Of a DNA stretch of 64,000 bases, positions 45,137 to 53,038 are shown piece by piece. The stretch is from Pyrobaculum sp. (GTDB lineage Archaea; Thermoproteota; Thermoprotei; Thermoproteales; Thermoproteaceae). A program made the translations under genes and the position numbers. Position 1 is the stretch's first letter; each line of letters starts with the position of its first letter. The stretch spans positions 8,115-72,114 of the forward strand of contig DAITPC010000002.1 in assembly GCA_036833835.1 (NCBI GenBank), read 5' to 3'. The notes beneath the pieces were generated by a model that saw only the letters and a list, made by a program, of their open reading frames with translations, was not told the origin of the DNA and searched no databases.

Positions 45137-46003
45137 GTGGAGAACCTCCTAGTGGAGCTAGAACTAACAAGGGAAGAGGCGGCGTCTGTTAGGTCTCTGC
45201 TGGATAGGTTGGGCATAAGCTACAGCGTCGTTGAGTCGGGAGACTGGGTCCGCATAGTGGTTGCTGGGCGGCAGGCGGTGGCCTTCGCCGCGGCCCACGC
45301 CGCCGTCGTGGAGAAGCTGGAGGGGGAGGCCCTGGAGCTGGTGTACTTCGTCGGGAGGTTCATCGTTGAGAACCTCGGGAAATACGCCGTACTTAAGATG
45401 CCTACTCCCAAGGAGGCCGCGGAGGCCGCCTCACTCATATCGTCCGTCGCCCCGGCGAAGGCCAGGGGCCGTGTGGTCAAGGCGGGTGGGAGGATCCTCA
45501 CGCGGCTCTTAGACGTCTCCCTCAACTTCAGACAGATGAGGAAGAGCGTAACCCAAGAGGTGAAGGCCTTCGTGGCGCGGATCTACGACCTCCGTAGAAA
45601 AGCCGTCTACGTGCCGTTGCGCCTCTACCGGCGTTACGCAGAGCTCTACCTCCCCCGCGTGGCGGGGACGCTGGTGGAGATCCCCGGTAGCTGGCTACAG
45701 CTTGTCATAGGCAACGGCGTGTTGACCGGCTGGGACGCCTTACCGCCCGACTTCATGGAGGAGCTGGAGATGCGTCCCCTAGGCACATACGTGGCAGAGC
45801 TGGGAGGCGCCGAGGCGGAGGTGGAGCTCTACGCCCTCGGCGAGTACTGGAAAGTCGCAGTGGTGAAAGGGGTAGACGTCGCAACGCTCCTCGAGTACCT
45901 AGACACGGAAGGTGAAATCCCCGAAAAAGACGGCAAGCTCTACCTCTCCCGGTGGACGACAGCCGAGCTCCTCAAGCGAGGTGCCCTGAGGAAAACCAAG
46001 TGA
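45137..46003 (+). CDS. hypothetical protein
   Basis: 288-aa ORF with a GTG start about 25 nt after cttaaaaact. No family recognised. Confidence 0.5.
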   Translation: MENLLVELELTREEAASVRSLLDRLGISYSVVESGDWVRIVVAGRQAVAFAAAHAAVVEKLEGEALELVYFVGRFIVENLGKYAVLKMPTPKEAAEAASLISSVAPAKARGRVVKAGGRILTRLLDVSLNFRQMRKSVTQEVKAFVARIYDLRRKAVYVPLRLYRRYAELYLPRVAGTLVEIPGSWLQLVIGNGVLTGWDALPPDFMEELEMRPLGTYVAELGGAEAEVELYALGEYWKVAVVKGVDVATLLEYLDTEGEIPEKDGKLYLSRWTTAELLKRGALRKTK

Positions 46004-46007
46004 CGAA

Positions 46008-46027
46008 GGCCCGAGCGGCGTCGGGCC
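46008..46027 (+). terminator. GC-rich hairpin directly after the stop codon
   Basis: The hairpin is ggcccga-gcggcg-tcgggcc (7-bp stem, 6-nt loop), 5 nt after the TGA at 46001-46003. Its role in archaeal termination is uncertain. Confidence 0.25.
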
Positions 46028-46119
46028 CCGCCGGGCGGACATGTTAGACACGACGCAACTTGCAGGTCTGTATCGATTGCATTGACATGTGTCTATAAAT
46101 GGTTTACGCCTATACTTCC

Positions 46120-46433
46120 TCACACTCCGCCTTCCTCTTCACCAATAAGCTCAACCAGCCTAAGAGCCGAGGCGATCTCCACCGCCATCGCTTCCCCCAC
46201 CACCACTTCAAGCCCCACCGCACTGGGATAATAGCCCACCCCATCAAAAAACTCCCCACCGAGCGGCAAGCCCATCTAAGCACCTCCCCACCCCCCGCTC
46301 ACCCTAGCCGCGCGTCACGCCTTAAAACTCCCCACGCATCCTCCTCCATGGCCGCATAAGCCTTCAAATCCTCCTTAAGGCCGCTCGCCCTCTACCTCTA
46401 TACCCCTTTTTCCTTCTTAATCCTCTCTTTCAT
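46120..46433 (-). pseudogene. degraded small gene (two in-frame ambers, then a frame change)
   Basis: The ATG at 46433 opens MKERIKKEKGV. TAG follows at 46398-46400, then R, then TAG at 46392-46394. The frame continues RASGLKEDLKAYAAMEEDAWGVLRRDARLG to the TGA at 46299-46301. A 51-codon ORF in another frame (46120..46275) continues with ...VVVGEAMAVEIASALRLVELIGEE. Family not assignable. Confidence 0.25.
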
Positions 46434-46855
46434 GGTCTTTCCCAGTGTGGCGGCCTGGCGAGGGGTTCGTATACAACGAGAGGTCTAGCGGCGAGAACCT
46501 CTAGTTTGCTTTAGCAAACACGCCCAACTCCCTCAGCACCAGACACAGATTAGATGACATGGCTCATATCTTGTGAACCCCGTATCTATTATGCACCGAA
46601 CTGGAACCTATAAAAATTAAAATTTGGTTTATCGATATATAGTAAAAGTAATTACGTCGATGAGCGAAGTAAAAAGAAAAAGAGTTACGAATATGGCCTT
46701 ATGCCTAAACCCCTAAGTAGCGTGAAATTAAAGGAGTTCTTAATAACCATACTGGTTGCTTTTCCTATTTCTGGAAACCTGTCTATTGTGGATTCTTCAT
46801 ATGTAACTATGACTGGGACCATGTCTACTTATCTTAAAGATATGATGTCAGTTGT

Positions 46856-47203
46856 ATGAAGCGGAAAACTTGGCTGATATTAATGGCCGTGGCAGTTGTG
46901 ACGTTGATTAGTGTTGGTCTATCGATGTTTGCCGCATCAGCCAGCGAGGGGGTCAATGTAAAGTTGCCGCCGAACTCGACCTTCGTAGCCGTATGTCCAC
47001 TACAATTTGTAAATGGTGGGCTGATGCTGGCGGGGACATGCGTCTCTGGCAACTTGACCGTGGTTGAGTTCCGGGCGGTTGGCGACGAGCTGGCGCTGAA
47101 GTTTATTCTCTACGGCAGAGAAGGGGGGATATACAAGAGGGGGAGCGAGTGGCCTAAGTTTATGACTCCGCTCGAGAGAGCCGGCGTACCGCGAATTAGC
47201 TGA
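46856..47203 (+). CDS. small secreted protein, family unknown
   Basis: 115 aa with a signal-like start (MKRKTWLILMAVAVVTLISVGLSMFAASA). It lies at the edge of an AT-rich island. Confidence 0.4.
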   Translation: MKRKTWLILMAVAVVTLISVGLSMFAASASEGVNVKLPPNSTFVAVCPLQFVNGGLMLAGTCVSGNLTVVEFRAVGDELALKFILYGREGGIYKRGSEWPKFMTPLERAGVPRIS

Positions 47204-47290
47204 GAGGCTCCGTGTAAACGCCTCAATATACCTAGTGGACTGGGACACGCAGGGGCAGGCGGGGGCTATTCACTCGGCGGGTCTCCGTAC

Positions 47291-47506
47291 ATGACGTACT
47301 CCCTCATGATGGAGCATACAGCTCTAGTCGTGGATAACAAGACGCTGATCGTCGTAGTTACATTTAGAGCGTGGAGAACCAACCAGCAGATAAGAGGAGT
47401 CATAGCTGAGGATGTCGAGCAACGCGTCCGCCAATACAGAGAGTCGCTTCACCAAGCGCATCTAAGAGACGTCGAGGAAGCTCTAAACTCGTACTTCAAG
47501 AGGTGA
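47291..47506 (+). CDS. hypothetical small protein
   Basis: 71-aa ORF. No family recognised. Confidence 0.3.
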   Translation: MTYSLMMEHTALVVDNKTLIVVVTFRAWRTNQQIRGVIAEDVEQRVRQYRESLHQAHLRDVEEALNSYFKR

Positions 47507-47935
47507 GCTACATCACAACGGTTTTACCGCAGTTTTTCAACAGTAGTATTCATTCGGAACGACCTCGCGCCCCTGGGTTCACACACCTGTTTTTCTTTGT
47601 CACCCCCGCCTTGGGCTTGACAGGCCTTTCGAATATTTACCTCGTGTTGCCAAATGGCTTGAGATCCAGACGCATCGGCGGGGCTCGCCGCCGTGGCCGG
47701 TGAGGGCGGCGTCGTTTTGATAACACGACGTGGAAACTGGGCGTATACGTCAGCGGCTTGAGGCAAGACGCCGCCTACGGCCTCGTCTTCTTCCTCATCG
47801 GCGACGCCGTAACCCTAGAAGGAGGCGCCTATGCCGGAGTGCCCCGTCTTCCGGATGCAGAGATGGGTCAACAGGCGGCATCGGGTCCCGGGCGTTCTGC
47901 GCCTTGTAACGTGTCTGTGTAGATGATTGTTATAA

Positions 47936-49450
47936 ATGGCGTGGTTTTTTTGTGTCGTGGAGGGGATTACGTCTGTTGAGATGTATGTCGCTGATAGGAA
48001 CGCGGAGTGGCTGGGGGTGCCCCGGCTGGTGCTTATGGAAAACGCCGGGGCCGCCGTGGCACGGAACGTGACGGGCCGGTTCCCCGACGCCGCCAACGTG
48101 CTTGTGGTCTGCGGCACGGGGGACAACGGCGGGGATGGCTACGTGGCGGCGCGGCACCTCCACGCGGCTGGGCGTAGGGTGAGGGTTGTCGCGTTGGGGG
48201 AGCCTAGGGAGGAGCTGGCCCGGCTGAACTACGAGGCGGTGAGACGTCTCTGGGGCGTGGGGCTGGTTGTCGTTCAGTCGCCCCTGGAGCTCCTCGCCCT
48301 TCAAGACTGGTTCATGTGGGCCCACGTCATAGTAGACGCCGTGTTGGGCACCGGCATACGGGGAGCTCTGAGGGAGCCCCACGCCACCGCCATAGAGCTT
48401 ATGAACATCGCGCCGGCGCCTAAGGTGGCCGTGGACGTGCCAAGCGGCCTCGACCCAGATACGGGGGAGGTGAGGGATAAGGCCGTGAAGGCCGCTGTCA
48501 CCGTCACCTTCCACAAGCCCAAGAAGGGCCTCTTGGCCGAGGCGGCGAGGCGGTACGTGGGGGAGCTTGTGGTTGAGCCAATCGGCATCCCGCCCGAGGC
48601 CGAGGTAGTGGTGGGTCCCGGCGACTTCGCCCACCTAAACCTCGCGAGGCGGCCCGACTCGAAGAAGGGGGACCACGGCAGGGTGCTGGTGGTGGGAGGT
48701 TCGCTGGAGTACTCCGGCGCCTCTGTCTACGTGGCCCTAGCCGCCCTGCGGGCTGGCGTAGACCTAGCCGTAATCGCCGCCCCGGAGCCCGCCGCTGCGG
48801 CGGCCAAGGCCCAGAGCCCAGACGTAATCGCCATCCCGCTGGAGGGGCCTCGCCTATCGCTGAGACACGTGGAGAAAGTCGCGGCCCTCGCGGAGAGGTT
48901 CGACGTAGTGGCCATGGGGCCCGGGCTGGGCACGGAGGGCGAGACCCCAGACGCCGTCCGTGAGCTATTCCGCAGACTGGCCGGCAGGAAGCCGCTGGTG
49001 GTAGACGCAGACGCCATAAAGGCACTTGCCGGGGAGGCGGCGAGAGGCGTGGTGGTGTTTACGCCGCACGCCGGCGAGTTCAAGGTCCTCACGGGCGTGG
49101 AGCCGCCGCGGGAGCTGGGGGATAGGGTGGCGGTGGTGAGGGAGTGGGCTGCCAGGCTCAGCGCCGTGATTCTGCTGAAGGGCAGATACGACGTGGTTTC
49201 CGACGGGAGCCGCGTCAAGGTAAATACCACGGGCACCCCCGCCATGACCGTGGGCGGCACAGGCGACATCCTCACAGGCCTAACCGCCGCCTTCCTCACC
49301 AAGGCCAAAGACCCCTTGGAGGCCGCCGCCGTCGCCGCCTTCGTCAACGGGCTCGCCGGAGAAGACGCCGCGGCGGAGTTGGGCTACCACATAACGGCAT
49401 CAGACCTACTACCAAAAATACCAAAGGTGATAAGAAGATTTACTTTTTAG
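47936..49450 (+). CDS. nnr: bifunctional NAD(P)H-hydrate repair enzyme (epimerase plus ADP-dependent dehydratase)
   Basis: It has a YjeF_N part (LMENAGAAVARNV, CGTGDNGGDG) and a YjeF_C part (KGDHGRVLVVGGSLEYSGA, GGTGDILTG). The real start may be the GTG at 47957 or the ATG at 47981, given ttataaat at 47928-47935. Confidence 0.9.
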   Translation: MAWFFCVVEGITSVEMYVADRNAEWLGVPRLVLMENAGAAVARNVTGRFPDAANVLVVCGTGDNGGDGYVAARHLHAAGRRVRVVALGEPREELARLNYEAVRRLWGVGLVVVQSPLELLALQDWFMWAHVIVDAVLGTGIRGALREPHATAIELMNIAPAPKVAVDVPSGLDPDTGEVRDKAVKAAVTVTFHKPKKGLLAEAARRYVGELVVEPIGIPPEAEVVVGPGDFAHLNLARRPDSKKGDHGRVLVVGGSLEYSGASVYVALAALRAGVDLAVIAAPEPAAAAAKAQSPDVIAIPLEGPRLSLRHVEKVAALAERFDVVAMGPGLGTEGETPDAVRELFRRLAGRKPLVVDADAIKALAGEAARGVVVFTPHAGEFKVLTGVEPPRELGDRVAVVREWAARLSAVILLKGRYDVVSDGSRVKVNTTGTPAMTVGGTGDILTGLTAAFLTKAKDPLEAAAVAAFVNGLAGEDAAAELGYHITASDLLPKIPKVIRRFTF

Positions 49451-49482
49451 ACCACAACAACTACACATAAGCCATAGAAGCT

Positions 49483-49742
49483 GTGAAAGTTTCCATTCGT
49501 AACTTCAAATCCGTAAGGGAGGCGAAGATGAGGCTTGGAAGAGTCACCGTCCACCTGGGGCCGGCCGCCTCCGGCAAGACGAACATACTAGAGGCGTTGG
49601 CGCTAGCTAGACAGCCCGAGGCGCAGATTTTTCCGCAGTTTTTCAACCTCCTTTGAAGCATGTGGCGAAGATAAGCGAGGTGGGCTACGTCGTCATCTCT
49701 ACTCACAACCCAGTCCTAGTCTCTTTGTTAGAGGCAGGTTAG
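49483..49742 (+). pseudogene. remnant of an SMC/ABC-like AAA ATPase (N- and C-terminal fragments only)
   Basis: The N-fragment reads VKVSIRNFKSVREAKMRLGRVTVHLGPAASGKTNILEALALAR (P-loop) and stops at 49654-49656. The next frame gives HVAKISEVGYVVISTHNPVLVSLLEAG, the typical D-loop/H-loop end of such ATPases. The roughly 250 aa in between are missing. Confidence 0.5.
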
Positions 49743-49844
49743 ACGTGACGCTAAGGCGATGGGGATTCACGATGCCGACGACATAGCTAATACGTAAAGT
49801 TGTTAATGTCCTAGAAGCTTATATTTACATGGTTGTACATAGAT

Positions 49845-50216
49845 GTGGGTAGGGCTGAGGTTGAGGTGTTGAGGGAGCGGGCTCGTATGTTCTTGGAGGC
49901 GGCTAGAGACGACTTGAGGGCGGGGAGGGTAGATCTGGCCGCTTTCCACGCAGAGCAGGCGTCTCAACTTGCGCTTAAATACGTCTTAGCTGTTCAAGCG
50001 GGTTATTACCCGCACACGCATTCTCTTCGGCGGCTGTTTGAAGAGGTGCGGGCTGTGAGGCCTGACCTTTGGCAACTATACGAGAGACATATGTTGGCCT
50101 TTGAAGTTATGGAGGATGCTTATCTGGGGGCCAGGTATCTCCCCAGGCGGTACAGTAGAGAGGTGGTGGAGCACTTGATTAAGGTGGCTGAGGAGGTGGC
50201 GTCGTTATGCACATAG
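49845..50216 (+). CDS. HEPN domain protein
   Basis: It has ARMFLEAARDDLRAGRVDLAAFHAEQASQLALKYVL...HTHSLRRLFEEV. ORF 49833..50216; the GTG at 49845 lies about 25 nt after ttatattta. Confidence 0.8.
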   Translation: MGRAEVEVLRERARMFLEAARDDLRAGRVDLAAFHAEQASQLALKYVLAVQAGYYPHTHSLRRLFEEVRAVRPDLWQLYERHMLAFEVMEDAYLGARYLPRRYSREVVEHLIKVAEEVASLCT

Positions 50217-50545
50217 AGAGGGGGCTGAGACGTAGGCAGGTTCTTGAAAGCTGGAGACGCCACGTCAAGAGGCTATGTGTGAGGGCTGCGGAGTTGCTGG
50301 GGGAGGCCAGGGTGTTGGTGTTTGGTAGCGTGGCGCGGGGGGATTGGTCTGCAGACAGCGATATCGACGTGCTTGTGGTGTCGCCGAACGCCCCTGAGGA
50401 TCCCTGGAGGAGGGCTGAGGTAGCTACGGCGTTGAGAGAGGCGGCAGGGGAAGCGGCGTCTTTGCTGGAGCTACACATAGTGAGGCCTGAGCAGTACTTG
50501 GGCTGGTATAGGCGGTTTATAGACGCGGAGGTGGAGGTCTGCTGA
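50207..50545 (+). CDS. minimal nucleotidyltransferase (MNT)
   Basis: It has VFGSVARGDWSADSDIDVLV (the GS...D.D motif). It overlaps the HEPN gene by 10 nt. Confidence 0.85.
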   Translation: MHIERGLRRRQVLESWRRHVKRLCVRAAELLGEARVLVFGSVARGDWSADSDIDVLVVSPNAPEDPWRRAEVATALREAAGEAASLLELHIVRPEQYLGWYRRFIDAEVEVC

Positions 50546-50962
50546 GTGTTCAGCCGCCGAACCTCCGCCTCCTTATTTACAGCGGGTTTTATTCACGTGT
50601 GGAGGAGTTGCGTAGGGTGCGTCGGAGGGGGAGGCGGCGGCGCGGAGAATCAGCACAATTGAGCTGAGGAAGATGCTGGGTAGGTTCTATCTTATGGGGG
50701 AGCTTCCCCGTGGCGGCCAGCGCGCCTTTTGTAGCGGCGTGCGACGTGGGGTGGCTGAAGTAGGCGCTGGAGGCATATGCGTTTTCCGTGTAGCTTTACG
50801 CACCTCGTCGCTGTGCTGGGGGTTCAGCTTGACCTTCCGTCTCTAGCACATTCTACCGGGTGGCCACCCCTCGTCTCGGCGTTGGGAGAAGCCGGCGGCT
50901 TGGGGTGATTCCCGCCGCTTATTTCCTAGGCGTGGTGGCGACGTGGTTCCTCTCCGGGGCCC

Positions 50963-51205
50963 GTGATTTTTGTAGCTGTCTACGCCGCCGGGGTCGCGTT
51001 CTTCACCTACGGGGCAGTGTACTCGGGGTTCGCCATGCCTAGGTACTACGACCACTTGGCGTTGGTCGGGTTCCTCCTGTTGGAACCTGCGTCTTTCGTA
51101 TGGAGCCACGTCGTCCAGCTGGCGATGGGGCTCATGTGGATCTACGCGGGGGTTGAGTCGCTGGAGGAGTTATGGAGGGGGCCAGGCGTCTGCTTGACTT
51201 GCTGA
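50963..51205 (+). CDS. small membrane protein (an upstream extension may have been lost by frameshift)
   Basis: 80 aa with 3 hydrophobic helices. An upstream ORF (50860..51042) in another frame also encodes a hydrophobic helix (VIPAAYFLGVVATWFLSG). The 3' end overlaps the following wHTH gene. Confidence 0.35.
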   Translation: MIFVAVYAAGVAFFTYGAVYSGFAMPRYYDHLALVGFLLLEPASFVWSHVVQLAMGLMWIYAGVESLEELWRGPGVCLTC

Positions 51206-51450
51206 GGATCCACGGACCTCTAAACGGAGTTAAGCTGGGGCTTCTCCTAGCCCTCTACCACATCGACGGCTACGTCACGTTTACGGATCTACAGAGGGCG
51301 TTGGACTTGCCTAAAAGCTCTCTTCACGAGTTTCTTGAGGAGGCCGGGTGGGGCTGGAGGAGTATAGGCGGGCTATAAGACCTCGGCGTAAGGGCGGTGG
51401 TTAAAATCACGGATAAGGGACGGGAGGTGGTTAGGCAATACATCAGCTGA
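51172..51450 (+). pseudogene. winged-helix regulator interrupted by an in-frame TAA
   Basis: The sequence reads ...VTFTDLQRALDLPKSSLHEFLEEAGW.WRSIGGL, then a TAA at 51376-51378. The same frame then continues DLGVRAVVKITDKGREVVRQYIS to the TGA at 51448-51450, which is the wing plus the C-terminal helix. Confidence 0.5.
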
Positions 51451-51521
51451 TAAAGGGGGCGGCGCTGTAGTTCATTCTACGAACTTCGGACAGCTTTATG
51501 TAGACCGGCGTTCACACGTCC

Positions 51522-51800
51522 ATGGTCGTAGTAGAGGTGGTGAAGATTTGGAAGAAATACGGCAAAGTGACGGCTTTGGAAGACGTCTCCTTGGAGGTTA
51601 AGGGGGGGGGGGGACGTTCTGCGTGACGGGGCTCAACGGGGCGTAAGACGACGCTTCTCGAAGGGATTCAGGGGCTTAGGCGCCTGGACAGGGGTAGGCT
51701 CTTCGGCATTGAGGTGAGGGGGAGACCTCCCCGAACATCTCGGCGATCTCTGTGTTCCGCAACGGGACGGGCATCTTAGCAAGCATTCCGGGGTGGCCGC
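51522..51800 (+). pseudogene. ABC transporter ATPase remnant (G11 tract frameshift, damaged P-loop, truncated)
   Basis: It opens MVVVEVVKIWKKYGKVTALEDVSLEVKGG, followed by the G11 run at 51603-51613. The P-loop region then reads GLNGA-stop in one frame and (G)RKTTLLEGIQGLRRLDRGRLFGIEVRG in another. The signature and Walker B regions are absent. Confidence 0.5.
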
Positions 51801-52446
51801 CACAGTTCGGCGGAGGCGTGCGCCACGTGGATTTAAGCACCTCCGTGGATCTGTAAACGCCGCGTGGCTCGCGAGGATGGGCTTGGCGATAGGCTTCTAC
51901 CTAATGCTGACGGTGGCATTCACCATGTACAGCCTCCATGTAGCTGGCTTTCTGAAGAGGCTGTATCTTAGGCTTGGAAGCAAGAAGTGTCTCTCATGGC
52001 GGTTGCGCTCGGCTTGCTGGTCCTCTTTGACGTCTCTCTTCTCTATCGTAGCTCTTGCCTACCTGGGGGCCACCCGGCGTTGATCTTCACAAAGGTGGGG
52101 TTCCACGTAGCCTTCATCTCTAACGTCTTGTTTGGCGTTGGTATAGGTCTAGATCTCCGCGGCGGATATAAGGCTTAGGTTCGGCGTCACGCCGCCTGTG
52201 CTCCCCACGCCGCTCTTCTTGCTATTGGCGTTTCTCTCCGGCTACTTCATGCCGGCTGAGCTCTCGCCGGAAGGCATACTTAACGTAGAATCTCCCTCCC
52301 TACGTCGCGAGGTTTTTCGCCGAGGCGGCGGTGCTATATGGACTCTACGACTGGTGGCGGTGCACAACGGCCTTCTCAGTCTCCGTGGCAATACCTGTCG
52401 GAGGCCTGTTGCCACATCTGGTCGTAAAGAGACAGTAGCGAAATAG
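51793..52446 (+). pseudogene. ABC-2 permease remnants in three frames
   Basis: Hydrophobic ORF fragments lie at 51793..52083, 51987..52178 and 52198..52446. The last includes FLSGYFMPAELSPEG, which resembles the conserved ABC-2 loop. Confidence 0.35.
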
Positions 52447-52472
52447 CCCCAGTTCTGTCAATGGATAACGGG

Positions 52473-52760
52473 TTAATCTGTTTCCTCTTCGTCCACGGCG
52501 GCGAGGGCTTGGTCTAGGAGGGCAAGGGTCTCTGCGAGTTGCCGTATGGCGGGGTCTGGGGATAGGCGGTACAGCTTTATGCGGCCGACGGTCTTGACCT
52601 CTATTATGCCGTATTGTATGAGGGGTTTTATCTGCTCCTCGACGACGCGTTGCGACGCCTGGGAGCGTTTGGCGAGTTCCGTGAGGTTCATCTCGCCGTG
52701 TCGCCAGAGGGCGAGGACGATCTTTATCTTTGTGGAGGAGCCAAGAACCCGGTCGATCAC
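52473..52760 (-). CDS. winged-helix transcriptional regulator
   Basis: 95 aa: STKIKIVLALWRHGEMNLTELAKRSQASQRVVEEQIKPLIQYGIIEVKTVGRIKLYRL. Confidence 0.65.
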   Translation of the reverse strand: MIDRVLGSSTKIKIVLALWRHGEMNLTELAKRSQASQRVVEEQIKPLIQYGIIEVKTVGRIKLYRLSPDPAIRQLAETLALLDQALAAVDEEETD

Positions 52761-52786
52761 GGAAAAGGGGGTGGGTGGTTTATTTC

Positions 52787-52957
52787 TTATTTCTTTTTGC
52801 CCAGAAGTCTGTAGACCTTTATGCCTGTGTACGGCGACGTGGCGACCGCAAATAGCATCGGCCCGCGGGCGGTGTTCTTCTCCATCACCTCGTATTTGTC
52901 CGTCTCAAACGATTTCTTGGCTTTTATGTCGTAGAACTTTAGCTTCTGTTGGGGCAT
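52787..52957 (-). CDS. small basic beta-rich protein, candidate CC1-type chromatin/DNA-binding protein
   Basis: 56 aa from the ATG at 52957 (MPQQKLKFYDIKAKKSFETDKYEVMEKNTARGPMLFAVATSPYTGIKVYRLLGKKK). It has 13 K/R against 5 D/E. A strong TATA-like ttttttaaag lies about 25 nt upstream. Size and charge match CC1 of the Thermoproteales. Confidence 0.45.
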   Translation of the reverse strand: MPQQKLKFYDIKAKKSFETDKYEVMEKNTARGPMLFAVATSPYTGIKVYRLLGKKK

Positions 52958-52975
52958 GACCCTCTTTTTCTCGGG

Positions 52976-52985
52976 CTTTAAAAAA
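52976..52985 (-). promoter_or_regulatory. TATA-like box for the CC1-like gene
   Basis: The minus strand reads ttttttaaag, 20-28 nt upstream of the ATG at 52957. Confidence 0.45.
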
Positions 52986-53038
52986 CCGTCGTTTATTTTA
53001 AAACAATACCAAAAGGCCCACGGGCGGAAGATCAAGAG

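Noticed and set aside
46362-46372. T-loop-like strings ttcaaatcc here and at 49509-49519, checked as possible tRNA genes.
   Set aside because: No flanking 5-bp T-stems, acceptor stems or D-arm consensus are present. No tRNA cloverleaf could be built on either strand, and I found no tRNA or rRNA anywhere in the window.
47306-47352. ATGATGG ... CTGA within ORF 47291..47506, considered as a possible C/D sRNA.
   Set aside because: The second guide would be only 9 nt, and the C' (cgtggat) and D' (tagt) boxes are poor.
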